From: an uncultured candidate division Zixibacteria bacterium
GTDB lineage: Bacteria > Zixibacteria > MSB-5A5 > GN15 > FEB-12
NCBI GenBank assembly: GCA_963735035.1
Contig: CAVTJJ010000003.1
Coordinates: 896,001 to 960,000, forward strand
Length of the DNA stretch: 64,000 bases
Direction: 5' to 3'
This document shows, one piece after another, positions 43,698 through 51,480 of the stretch. Position numbers and translations under genes: made by a program. The notes under the pieces are model-generated. The model ran no database searches. It was not told the origin of the DNA and saw nothing but the letters and a program-made list of their open reading frames with translations. Each line of letters starts with the position of its first letter. Position 1 is the stretch's first letter.

Positions 43698-44388
43698 ATG
43701 AAACAGTTAGACTTATTAGTCGTGAGCGTCGCCGCAGTCTTGTTGCTTCTTCTTGCCTGGAGCCTGGCCACAGGTGAGAGTCAGATTGAACGCGACAGAC
43801 AGCCGAGCGAAATAGCCGAAGCTCGCTTACTGCCGGCACATGATACGTCCACAAGTTCAGATCGGAACGGAGCCGTAAGCTCCAGTGTGAATTCAGAGAT
43901 CAGCCACCCACCTGCTTCCCTTCTCACCGTCGGGCCAAAACCTCGCGGAGTCGCGAGTGCGTCCGACATCTCCATTGATTGGTGGGTGGTGGCCGCGGGA
44001 GCGGTCGACGGCAGAGGACAATCCCTTCATCTACTCGCAACAATCGGTCAGGGTGTGATTGGAGAAGGTGCGTCAAGCAAGTATCTGTTGCGTTACGGAT
44101 ACTGGGCTGCGTCGAACGGCGCTGGTGGTTGTTGCCAGGGTCGGGTGGGCGATGTCAACCAGTCAGGTAACGACGAGCCTACTATCGGCGACATTTCTAC
44201 TTTGATCGACGCCAAGTTCATAACCGGGTCGTGCGACGGGGTGATTTCGTGTTTTGCCGAAGCTGATATCAATCAGTCCGGCGGTCCTAACCCGACCTGT
44301 AATGACATCACGATTGGCGACATTTCTATCCTGATCGACTACTCTGTTCATTACGGGGCCTTCGCTTGGGCTTCATAACTGCCTGTAG
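43698..44388 (+). CDS. Secreted protein with Cys-flanked dockerin-like (paired EF-hand) domain; frameshift near the 3' end
   Basis: CCQGRVGDVNQSGNDEPTIGDISTLID...EADINQSGG...ITIGDISILIDY; the alternate frame ends LFITGPSLGLHNCL*. Confidence 0.75.
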
Positions 44389-44476
44389 ATATTGCGGCTG
44401 ATTCAAAGGCTAGTCCCAGAATTCTGATTGTTGTTGCACGACAGCTCGGCTTGCTTAAATTACCTGCTATATCAGG

Positions 44477-47400
44477 ATGATTGGCTGCGTAATCGCATCG
44501 AAATCGAGCTCCGCCGTGCTAAGACGCATCTCACAAATCTCATGCCTCATAATCTGCACTCTTGTCGCGTCAATTAGCGCGGCTCCGGAAACGGAGAAGT
44601 TGCTGACAACTGCTGACTCTCTCTTCGCGATCCAGATGTTGGACTCAGCTATTTCAGTCGGAAAAACGGCCCTGATTGCTGCCGAGCGCGACCCGCGGTC
44701 GCCCGATTCCGTAATCGCCTCCATACACTACCTGCTCGGACTGAGTCATCTCTACAAGTCCGACTTGAATGAGGCCGTTAGTCATCTCGATTCCAGCAGA
44801 ATTACCCGAGTAACCGTGTACGGTGAAGATCATCCTCTCGTGGCGGATTGCGACTATTATCTCGGCGCCGCTCTAATGCAATTCGGCCAGTTTGATCTAG
44901 CCGAACAACACTATGCCAAAGCGCTGTCTGTCCGAGAGGCTGCCTACGGACCCGACCATGAGCAGGTGGCCGCCACCCTCGTAGGATACTCGTCGCTTTA
45001 TGCCTACATGGGTCGCTATGACCGAACGGAAATGCTAGTCCAGCGTTTGCTCGGGATCCAGGAGAGAAATCCGAATATTCCCACGGCACAGGTCGTGAAA
45101 GCGCTGATCCTCCTGGCCGGAGTTAAGCTGGACTCCGGCCGATTTAGGGACGCAGAACAATATTACCGTCGCGCCCTGACCCTCTTGGAGAATACTTCAA
45201 CGACCGACGCGTTTACCGAAGGTTCAGTACATTGGGGGCTGGGAAAAGCACTTCTGTTGCAGGGTGATCTGCCACAGGCGGAGAGTCATTACTTGAAAGC
45301 CATTGATCTGACCCGCGCCACTCAGGGCGAAGGCAGCTACCAGATCGGGGCTCTGAAATCGGAATTGGGGCGTCTCTACACCATGCGCCTTCAGTACTCC
45401 GAGGCTGAAACTCTCCTGACTGAGGCGCTCTCCCAGCTGCGCGCATCCATTGGTGAAGACAATGAATTCGTGGCCTATTGCCATCAATGGCTTTCCCGGA
45501 TCTACGCGTATCAGGGAAGATACGCGATGGCGCAGCGGACCGCCGAAGAAGCTGTCAAGTCAGCCGGAGCTACCTTCGGAAGAGACCATCACGAAACTGC
45601 TCAGGTGATGAACTGGCTGGCGGAAGTTCACTTAATGGCAGGCAATTACCAAATTGCCGATTCGATCGCTACCGCGGCCACGGCCATCATAGTCAGTGAG
45701 CTCGGCGAGACCCACCCATATCTCGTCGATGGTTTCAACATTATCGGGTATGCCAGGATGCAACTCGGCGACATGATAAGCGCCGCCAAGTACTTTGAAA
45801 GGTCTCTCGCAATCGGTCTGGCGGCAGGCGGCCAAAATCATCCCTCGGTCGCGGCCACTTATGAGGTCCTTAGCGAACTGCGCCGCCGTACAGGTGAACG
45901 GGAACTGGCGCTTGACATGTCGCGCCGGGCGGTACTGGGTCGTCGAAATAATCTGCGTCTGGGGTGTGCCGTCATGTCCGAGCAGGAGGCTTTAGACTAT
46001 GCCTTTCTGGTCAAGCGTGCCCTGAACCTTTACTTGTCCTCTCTGCGCGACTTGCCCAACCCGAATCCTGAAATTGCAAAGGCCGCTGCCGAGTTGATCG
46101 CCAATACCAAGGGACTGGTGACCGACGAAATGTTGCTGCGATCATCTTCGCTTCGCACTGACACAAGTTCAGCAGAGAAAGTCTTGAAGGACACCGTTGA
46201 TGCGGCCCGGTTCGAATTGGCTTCGCTGTTCGGCAACTTTTCCAGTGAAGTTGACCAGTCCACCTACCGAAGCAGGCTTGATTCCTTGTCGAGCCATGTG
46301 CAGGCCCTGGAGGCACGACTCGCCCGCCAGGTAACTTCGGATGTTGGCCTCCGTACTAGCGATTCAATCAGTATTGACCGATTGCAAAAAGAACTGAAAC
46401 CTGATCAGGTGGCCGTCGAATACCTCCGATACACCTATAAAGATCCGCGAAACCAGAATGCGGAAGATCGATACCTGGTGCTGTTATTGAATCCCGCTTC
46501 CGAGACCCGTGTAATTGACTTGGGAACCGCGGAACTGATTGATAAAGCTGTGGGTCGTTACCGGAAGCACATATCTGACCTCGCCGCCGCCGGGCAACCT
46601 CCCGACCAAGAAGCCCTTGACGATTATCGCCGGCTTGCCGGAGATCTCTATACTACTGTATGGCGTCCCCTGGAACCATACCTGGGTGCGAGCCGGATGA
46701 TCTTCATCTCGACTGATGGATCTCTGAATCTGTTGTCATTTGCGGGCCTTCCTTGCTCCGATAATGAATACCTGATTGAAAAATACCGCCTTCACTACTT
46801 GTCCACTTCGCGCGATCTTTGTCGCTCCCCCCATCAGAGTGCCACCGGGCGCAGTCTGGTACTAATCGGGGACCCGGATTTTGGCCTCGCAGTTCAGCCA
46901 AGCCAGGTGGACCCGGAATCGGGTTCATCGGTCGACCCAGCTCTCGGGTGTGGCAGCATTGATCGCAGTCGTCTATCGCCGTTGCCGGGAACTCGCCGCG
47001 AGGTAGAACGAATCGCTCGTCTGTGGCGACAGCAGGTTTCGGACAGCGTTACCGAGTTGACAGGCGCAGGAGCCACAGAAGGTGCTTTCAGAAAATTAGC
47101 TCCGTCAGCCACCACCGTTCACATCGCTACTCATGGGTACCTGGCCGCCGATAGCTGCTTCAGGATCGAAGCTTCCGCACCGAGTCTGGCCAATGAAGAT
47201 TTCTTTACCCGCAACCCGCTTTTGCTTTCCGGCTTGTTCCTGGCAGGAGCGGCCGCGCCGGGAAAGTCCCGGGTTCGTTTTGATAGCCGCGATGGGATGC
47301 TCTCTGCCGAGGAAGTGGCCACCTTGGACCTTCACAAAGTTGGACGGGTGGTACTATCGGCCTGTGAATCGGGGCTTGGAACGGTGGAATCCGGCGAGGG

Positions 47401-47647
47401 TGTCTATGGCCTGAGAAGGGCTTTTCAAATGGCCGGTGCCGGCACGGTCATCAGTTCACTCTGGAAGGTCCCGGACAACACTACGGCTCAGTTCATGGCG
47501 CGGTTGTATTCGACTGACAACGAGCCTGTCCCGGCAGCCATGCAATCGTCTTGCCTCGACATGCTGTCCCAACTACGCCGTCGTGGCCAGCCGGACCATC
47601 CATTTCTATGGGCTCCGTTCATAAGTATCGGTGACTGGCGGGAGTAG
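44477..47647 (+). CDS. TPR-CHAT (caspase/HetF-like) cysteine protease
   Basis: N-terminal hydrophobic segment; kinesin-light-chain-like TPRs (GEDHPLVA, GPDHEQVA); catalytic HIATHG and LSACESG; SLWKV; HPFLWAPF. Confidence 0.95.
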   Translation: MIGCVIASKSSSAVLRRISQISCLIICTLVASISAAPETEKLLTTADSLFAIQMLDSAISVGKTALIAAERDPRSPDSVIASIHYLLGLSHLYKSDLNEAVSHLDSSRITRVTVYGEDHPLVADCDYYLGAALMQFGQFDLAEQHYAKALSVREAAYGPDHEQVAATLVGYSSLYAYMGRYDRTEMLVQRLLGIQERNPNIPTAQVVKALILLAGVKLDSGRFRDAEQYYRRALTLLENTSTTDAFTEGSVHWGLGKALLLQGDLPQAESHYLKAIDLTRATQGEGSYQIGALKSELGRLYTMRLQYSEAETLLTEALSQLRASIGEDNEFVAYCHQWLSRIYAYQGRYAMAQRTAEEAVKSAGATFGRDHHETAQVMNWLAEVHLMAGNYQIADSIATAATAIIVSELGETHPYLVDGFNIIGYARMQLGDMISAAKYFERSLAIGLAAGGQNHPSVAATYEVLSELRRRTGERELALDMSRRAVLGRRNNLRLGCAVMSEQEALDYAFLVKRALNLYLSSLRDLPNPNPEIAKAAAELIANTKGLVTDEMLLRSSSLRTDTSSAEKVLKDTVDAARFELASLFGNFSSEVDQSTYRSRLDSLSSHVQALEARLARQVTSDVGLRTSDSISIDRLQKELKPDQVAVEYLRYTYKDPRNQNAEDRYLVLLLNPASETRVIDLGTAELIDKAVGRYRKHISDLAAAGQPPDQEALDDYRRLAGDLYTTVWRPLEPYLGASRMIFISTDGSLNLLSFAGLPCSDNEYLIEKYRLHYLSTSRDLCRSPHQSATGRSLVLIGDPDFGLAVQPSQVDPESGSSVDPALGCGSIDRSRLSPLPGTRREVERIARLWRQQVSDSVTELTGAGATEGAFRKLAPSATTVHIATHGYLAADSCFRIEASAPSLANEDFFTRNPLLLSGLFLAGAAAPGKSRVRFDSRDGMLSAEEVATLDLHKVGRVVLSACESGLGTVESGEGVYGLRRAFQMAGAGTVISSLWKVPDNTTAQFMARLYSTDNEPVPAAMQSSCLDMLSQLRRRGQPDHPFLWAPFISIGDWRE

Positions 47648-47666
47648 GAGCGTCTGATGTGATTTA

Positions 47667-48758
47667 TCATTGTGCCGCCGCCACGGCTTCCAACAGTTGA
47701 GTGATTACCGGCGTCTCGAACGGCTCAAGGCCCTGTTCCTTTTCTATCAGGTAGGTACACAGCGGCTTTACATCGCCATTGGCATGATACCGATGAGGAG
47801 CCATAGGCACACCGCTTCGGCATAGTAGCAGATACCGACATTCACGGCACCATCGATTCACTGAATCACGATGCATCTTGCGGTTATACGCAAAGGCATC
47901 AGGGTTATTCCAGATATCGGCGATGGGGGTAACGCGGATATTCCCTTCGATGAATTCATCAGTCATCTCTGCGGCACCTTTCACTTCACCGGATGGTCCA
48001 ACCGCCAGGTAGTGTACTCCGGATCCATCGCCCAAAAACGGGCGGCCCCCGCGCAGTTTCATTCCCTTAGTTCCATAGTGGCCTATCTCATCGGTCGCGC
48101 TAATTGTGATGCGAGTATCGCTCTGCATTTCAATGATCTTATCAATCATCGTGGTGTATTCTTCCCTGGTCAGGACCATGTCTGCATGGGAGGCCATGCG
48201 GCCGGTTGGCTGAATCATTTGAATGCGCCAGTCTGCACACCCGGCATCGATTAGCGCACTTTTGATAGCCTCAAGCCGATCGAGGTTCATTCTGGAAACA
48301 GCCGTAACTGCCGCAACCTTCAGACCGGGCACAGAACTGGCGAGCTTGATTGCCGCCATCGCCCGATCATACGCATCTGGACAACAGCGGATCATATTGT
48401 GTGTCTCGCGGTCTCCATCGACACTGATGCCTAGTGAGTTAACTCCAGCGTCGACAAGTGACTGGAGTCGAGACGGTGACAGCAAGAGACCATTGGTTAT
48501 CAAACCTATACGCGCCTCTTTGCTTGATATATACTTGATAACCTCAATAAGGTCCGGACGTATCAATGGTTCACCGCCGGTCAAACAGAACTGGCGACAA
48601 CCGAGGTCAAGAAGATCGTCGATCATCATCTTGGCCTCCGCCGTGGTCAGTTCATCTGATCTGGGCTTGGCGGACGCATTGCCGCAATGCTTGCATCGTA
48701 AGTTGCAGCCGCGTGTAACTTCCCACACTGCAACAGTTAGCTTGAAATCTGAGTTCAT
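47667..48758 (-). CDS. Radical SAM/SPASM-domain protein, probable peptide maturase
   Basis: WEVTRGCNLRCKHC, TGGEP, ISVDG, EGNIR, CRECRYLLLC; GAAAGGA RBS before the ATG at 48758. Confidence 0.9.
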   Translation of the reverse strand: MNSDFKLTVAVWEVTRGCNLRCKHCGNASAKPRSDELTTAEAKMMIDDLLDLGCRQFCLTGGEPLIRPDLIEVIKYISSKEARIGLITNGLLLSPSRLQSLVDAGVNSLGISVDGDRETHNMIRCCPDAYDRAMAAIKLASSVPGLKVAAVTAVSRMNLDRLEAIKSALIDAGCADWRIQMIQPTGRMASHADMVLTREEYTTMIDKIIEMQSDTRITISATDEIGHYGTKGMKLRGGRPFLGDGSGVHYLAVGPSGEVKGAAEMTDEFIEGNIRVTPIADIWNNPDAFAYNRKMHRDSVNRWCRECRYLLLCRSGVPMAPHRYHANGDVKPLCTYLIEKEQGLEPFETPVITQLLEAVAAAQ

Positions 48759-48780
48759 TGTCTTCCTTTCGAGTGAGAAT

Positions 48781-48803
48781 AGGGGGCAGAGGATCTGCCC
48801 CCT
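48781..48803 (-). terminator. Perfect 10-bp hairpin between the peptide and rSAM genes
   Basis: AGGGGGCAGA-GGA-TCTGCCCCCT. Confidence 0.7.
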
Positions 48804-48810
48804 CGGCAGA

Positions 48811-48900
48811 CTAGAGTATGATCCAAGGTCTCGGTATGAGGATGTGCAGAATATTGAGACCCGCATTGATGATAGTGGTTGAGGTAATGATCGGGATCAT
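48811..48900 (-). CDS. 29-aa Ile-rich peptide, candidate RiPP precursor (MIPIITSTTIINAGLNILHILIPRPWIIL)
   Basis: AAGGAG 7 nt before the ATG; TAG at 48811-48813; lies between a promoter motif and the rSAM gene; too short for the ORF track. Confidence 0.75.
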   Translation of the reverse strand: MIPIITSTTIINAGLNILHILIPRPWIIL

Positions 48901-48958
48901 GGCGTTGCTCCTTGTTTGAGTTGTTGGTTATGTTGGTTTTCGTTTTCATTTGTCCATT

Positions 48959-48985
48959 AGTGCCACCTACCCTCCGGTTGTTACA
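48959..48985 (-). promoter_or_regulatory. ECF-type promoter motif copy 5 (peptide-rSAM)
   Basis: TGTAAC-AACCGGAGGGTAGGT-GGCACT. Confidence 0.75.
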
Positions 48986-49166
48986 GACTTCCTGCTCACC
49001 TTCTAATTATGCGTAACTTATTGTGTATCAACAGAAACCGCCCACGAGAGGGATAAGCGCCTTCGGGTGCTCTGGCTTACCGCCAGTATCAAGGTTATCG
49101 ATGGCCAGCCCGACCAGCCGCGTTTGTTACAGCCTTTCACATAGGATTCCCCCGGAAACGAAGAGA

Positions 49167-49190
49167 GGTCGCCCCCGAATGGGGGCGACC
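49167..49190 (-). terminator. Terminator-like hairpin after the FN3 gene
   Basis: GGTCGCCCCC-N4-GGGGGCGACC followed on the minus strand by TCTCTTCGTTT. Confidence 0.65.
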
Positions 49191-49228
49191 CGTTGATGAA
49201 GTCTATCGATTCTTTATGTAGAACCGCA

Positions 49229-49963
49229 CTATTGCACGGTAATCTCGACTGTGTTACTGACCGGTGACTCCCCGGCAGCGTTCAATGCGACCACCCGGTA
49301 CCGATACTTTCCACCTAGAACCACACTGCGATCCGTGGCTACGACGGCATCTATTGCAGCTTCATGCGTCAGAGCGGTCCATCCCCCAAATCTGGACGAT
49401 AACGAGTTCCAAACGGCGCGATCGATACGAAAACCGGACTCACACTCCGAGTTGTCGTTCCATTTGAGGATAACACCGTAGCCGATAGCTGGGAATCTGT
49501 CCGGCCTCAGAATCGCAGCAGTCAAACCGTCGGGCGCAACCGGGACGGCCCAATTGCATATACTTGCTTCGTTCGAGAACTCAGAGGCGCCCACATCATT
49601 GATCGCGCGTACCCGGAAATCGTAGCCAAAGAATGAAGGCGCATTAACGGTGCATTCAGTAGAGTCGGGATCGACTGTGGTAATTCGTTCCCAGCTTAAC
49701 GGATGCTCGGGGATAGCGAGACCACCAAGGCGCTGAATCTCGAAACCGGTCTCATTGTAGGAATTATCGCTCCAGGTGATGTGAGCGGTCGTCTCAGAAA
49801 CACGGGTGGCGACCAGGGTCGATGGCGCAGCCGGCACTATGACAGGCGGGTTGGGTTCGGGGCGGGGATCCGGTTCAGGCGCGACTGAATTGTCGGAGCA
49901 GGACATCATCGCAACTCCTAGCGTCAGCACAACACAAGCAGTGATAAACATTCTCTGGAACAT
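49229..49963 (-). CDS. Lipoprotein with two fibronectin type III domains
   Basis: Lipobox MMSC; Pro-rich linker; twice W.DNS..E.GF.I.R...RV.A.N..G.S..SN. Confidence 0.85.
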   Translation of the reverse strand: MFQRMFITACVVLTLGVAMMSCSDNSVAPEPDPRPEPNPPVIVPAAPSTLVATRVSETTAHITWSDNSYNETGFEIQRLGGLAIPEHPLSWERITTVDPDSTECTVNAPSFFGYDFRVRAINDVGASEFSNEASICNWAVPVAPDGLTAAILRPDRFPAIGYGVILKWNDNSECESGFRIDRAVWNSLSSRFGGWTALTHEAAIDAVVATDRSVVLGGKYRYRVVALNAAGESPVSNTVEITVQ

Positions 49964-50010
49964 AATAGCCTCCTTTGTTTGGTTGATTCCAGTTTCATTT
50001 TCTGATCATC

Positions 50011-50037
50011 AGTGCCCCGAGCGCCTTGTTTGTTACA
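50011..50037 (-). promoter_or_regulatory. ECF-type promoter motif copy 6 (FN3 lipoprotein)
   Basis: TGTAAC-AAACAAGGCGCTCGG-GGCACT. Confidence 0.75.
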
Positions 50038-50211
50038 GTTCTCCCTGAAGTTGTGCGCGTATCCGATACAAGATCACTGCTGACCGAGATCAGGACCAAG
50101 AGACAGCAGCAGAAATACATCGGAACGCTGGTTACTGACAGGGAAAGCATCTAATCCCCTGCGCGCGCTTGATTGGATTGATTCGTGACAGACCAGAAAT
50201 ACTAAAGCACC

Positions 50212-50264
50212 AGCGGCAGGTCACTTCATGGTTTGAACTAAGTTCACCATGAAGGCCTGCCGCT
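50212..50264 (-). terminator. Long imperfect hairpin after the secreted protein gene
   Basis: AGCGGCAGG..CTTCATGGT...ACCATGAAG.CCTGCCGCT. Confidence 0.5.
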
Positions 50265-50280
50265 TGGCGTGACGAGATAT

Positions 50281-50895
50281 TTAGTATTTTGTGAAGGACC
50301 CCATCAACGAGCTGATTTGTCGATCCGAAGACGACAACTCGGCCATCGAGTAAAATCCGTTCGAACAGAAGAAGGCGATCGCGCGTTTACCGTTACCGGG
50401 ACCAATGAAAGTACCATAGTAACCATAGACTTGCTCGGATTCTGTCGTATAAGCACCGATACCTCCGCCGTTCCAAAGCAGGGCGGCGTCAGGTTCTTTG
50501 TAATAAGTAAAATTGCCGTTGGCATCGAAGGTGAGTTGTCTTAGACCTGATTCCACGCTGTTGCCAATCTTGCCGTCGCCGGTATAACTCTTGTCGCCCC
50601 CGGTCACGTATTGTCCACTCAAACCACCAATAGTAACCACATAGCTCACCCCGGTGCCGTCGTGTGAAACGGTGAAGCTGTTGGGTCCACTCTGCGTGAC
50701 AGTTACTTGAGCTCCGGTGAAGTCCCAAATGAGTTTCGCGCCGCCACTTTGTGCTCCGGACGCTCCACCGCTCCCGGTACCGCCGCTTCCGTAGGGACTT
50801 TGAGCTTGTGAGTGCCCTGCAACAAACAGAGATGATCCTAGAAAAACTGCGAACACCGCGAGAAGTGCCCCTGAGTTAACAATTGACGTATTCAT
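50281..50895 (-). CDS. Secreted Gly/Ser-rich hypothetical protein
   Basis: Signal peptide; GSGGTGSGGASG linker; AAGGAG RBS. Confidence 0.75.
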   Translation of the reverse strand: MNTSIVNSGALLAVFAVFLGSSLFVAGHSQAQSPYGSGGTGSGGASGAQSGGAKLIWDFTGAQVTVTQSGPNSFTVSHDGTGVSYVVTIGGLSGQYVTGGDKSYTGDGKIGNSVESGLRQLTFDANGNFTYYKEPDAALLWNGGGIGAYTTESEQVYGYYGTFIGPGNGKRAIAFFCSNGFYSMAELSSSDRQISSLMGSFTKY

Positions 50896-50936
50896 TCTTG
50901 TTTCTCCTTTGACTCATGTTCTTTGCTCTGCCCAGG

Positions 50937-50963
50937 AGTGCCGAGTCGACCGGTTCTGTTACA
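50937..50963 (-). promoter_or_regulatory. ECF-type promoter motif copy 7
   Basis: TGTAAC-AGAACCGGTCGACTC-GGCACT. Confidence 0.75.
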
Positions 50964-51235
50964 ATCCGGCTGCAGGTTCCGGCTGACAGAGGAGATTGTA
51001 GTAGTGCCGGGGGACGGTGGACTTGTAACTCAAGCGGGAGAAGAAGTAAGAAATTCAACGCACCCCTCGTGCCACAGCATCTTGTTGCGAGACAATAGCG
51101 TGAAAGCGAGAAGGACGGAGTTGCTGGCTCGCGGGGTGGGCACAATAGCTTGAGAGTCTTTGCCACCAAGTCTTGACCGTTTGTTTCAGTCAATTGGGGA
51201 CCTGCGAAGTAGTGCAAACAGCCCCTCTTGTATCC

Positions 51236-51252
51236 TTTATACATTCTTTATA
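51236..51252 (+). promoter_or_regulatory. Putative KdpE binding site
   Basis: TTTATA-CATTC-TTTATA (11-bp period) upstream of kdpF, like the T-rich E. coli KdpE site. Confidence 0.6.
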
Positions 51253-51384
51253 TCCGCGCCCTTCTTCCTTATTCACCCAGATTGTGAAACTCGCCGTTCT
51301 TATTCGACAGGTGGCGGTGTCATCCCGGCTACCCCAACCCTGATGCTGCAGTTCGCCCCTCGATTTGAAATAGAAAGGAATGCC

Positions 51385-51471
51385 ATGTCGTTTGCGTTTG
51401 CGGGCATCATAGCTCTGGCGCTATTGGCCTATCTCGTATACGCCGTGTTCAATCCGGAGAGATTCAAGTGA
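51385..51471 (+). CDS. kdpF: K+-transporting ATPase subunit F
   Basis: MSFAFAGIIALALLAYLVYAVFNPERFK with AAAGGA RBS, before kdpA. Confidence 0.9.
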   Translation: MSFAFAGIIALALLAYLVYAVFNPERFK

Positions 51472-51480
51472 GGTCGCCTA

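Noticed and set aside
48759..48866. N-terminal extension of the rSAM ORF in the track
   Set aside because: It overlaps the peptide gene and hairpin. The RBS supports the ATG at 48758.
48755..48949. 64-aa ORF (MKTKTNIT...) as the rSAM precursor
   Set aside because: It has no RBS, starts almost at the predicted transcription start and runs through the hairpin. The 29-aa ORF has a canonical AAGGAG.
39967..50963. Reading GGCAC in the repeated motif as a sigma54 -24 box
   Set aside because: There is no TTGC 5 nt downstream. The conserved partner is TGTAAC upstream.
37700..51200. ECF/CHAT/rSAM region as a mobile island or CRISPR type III-E locus
   Set aside because: No integrase, tRNA, att repeats, cas genes or repeat-spacer array were seen.
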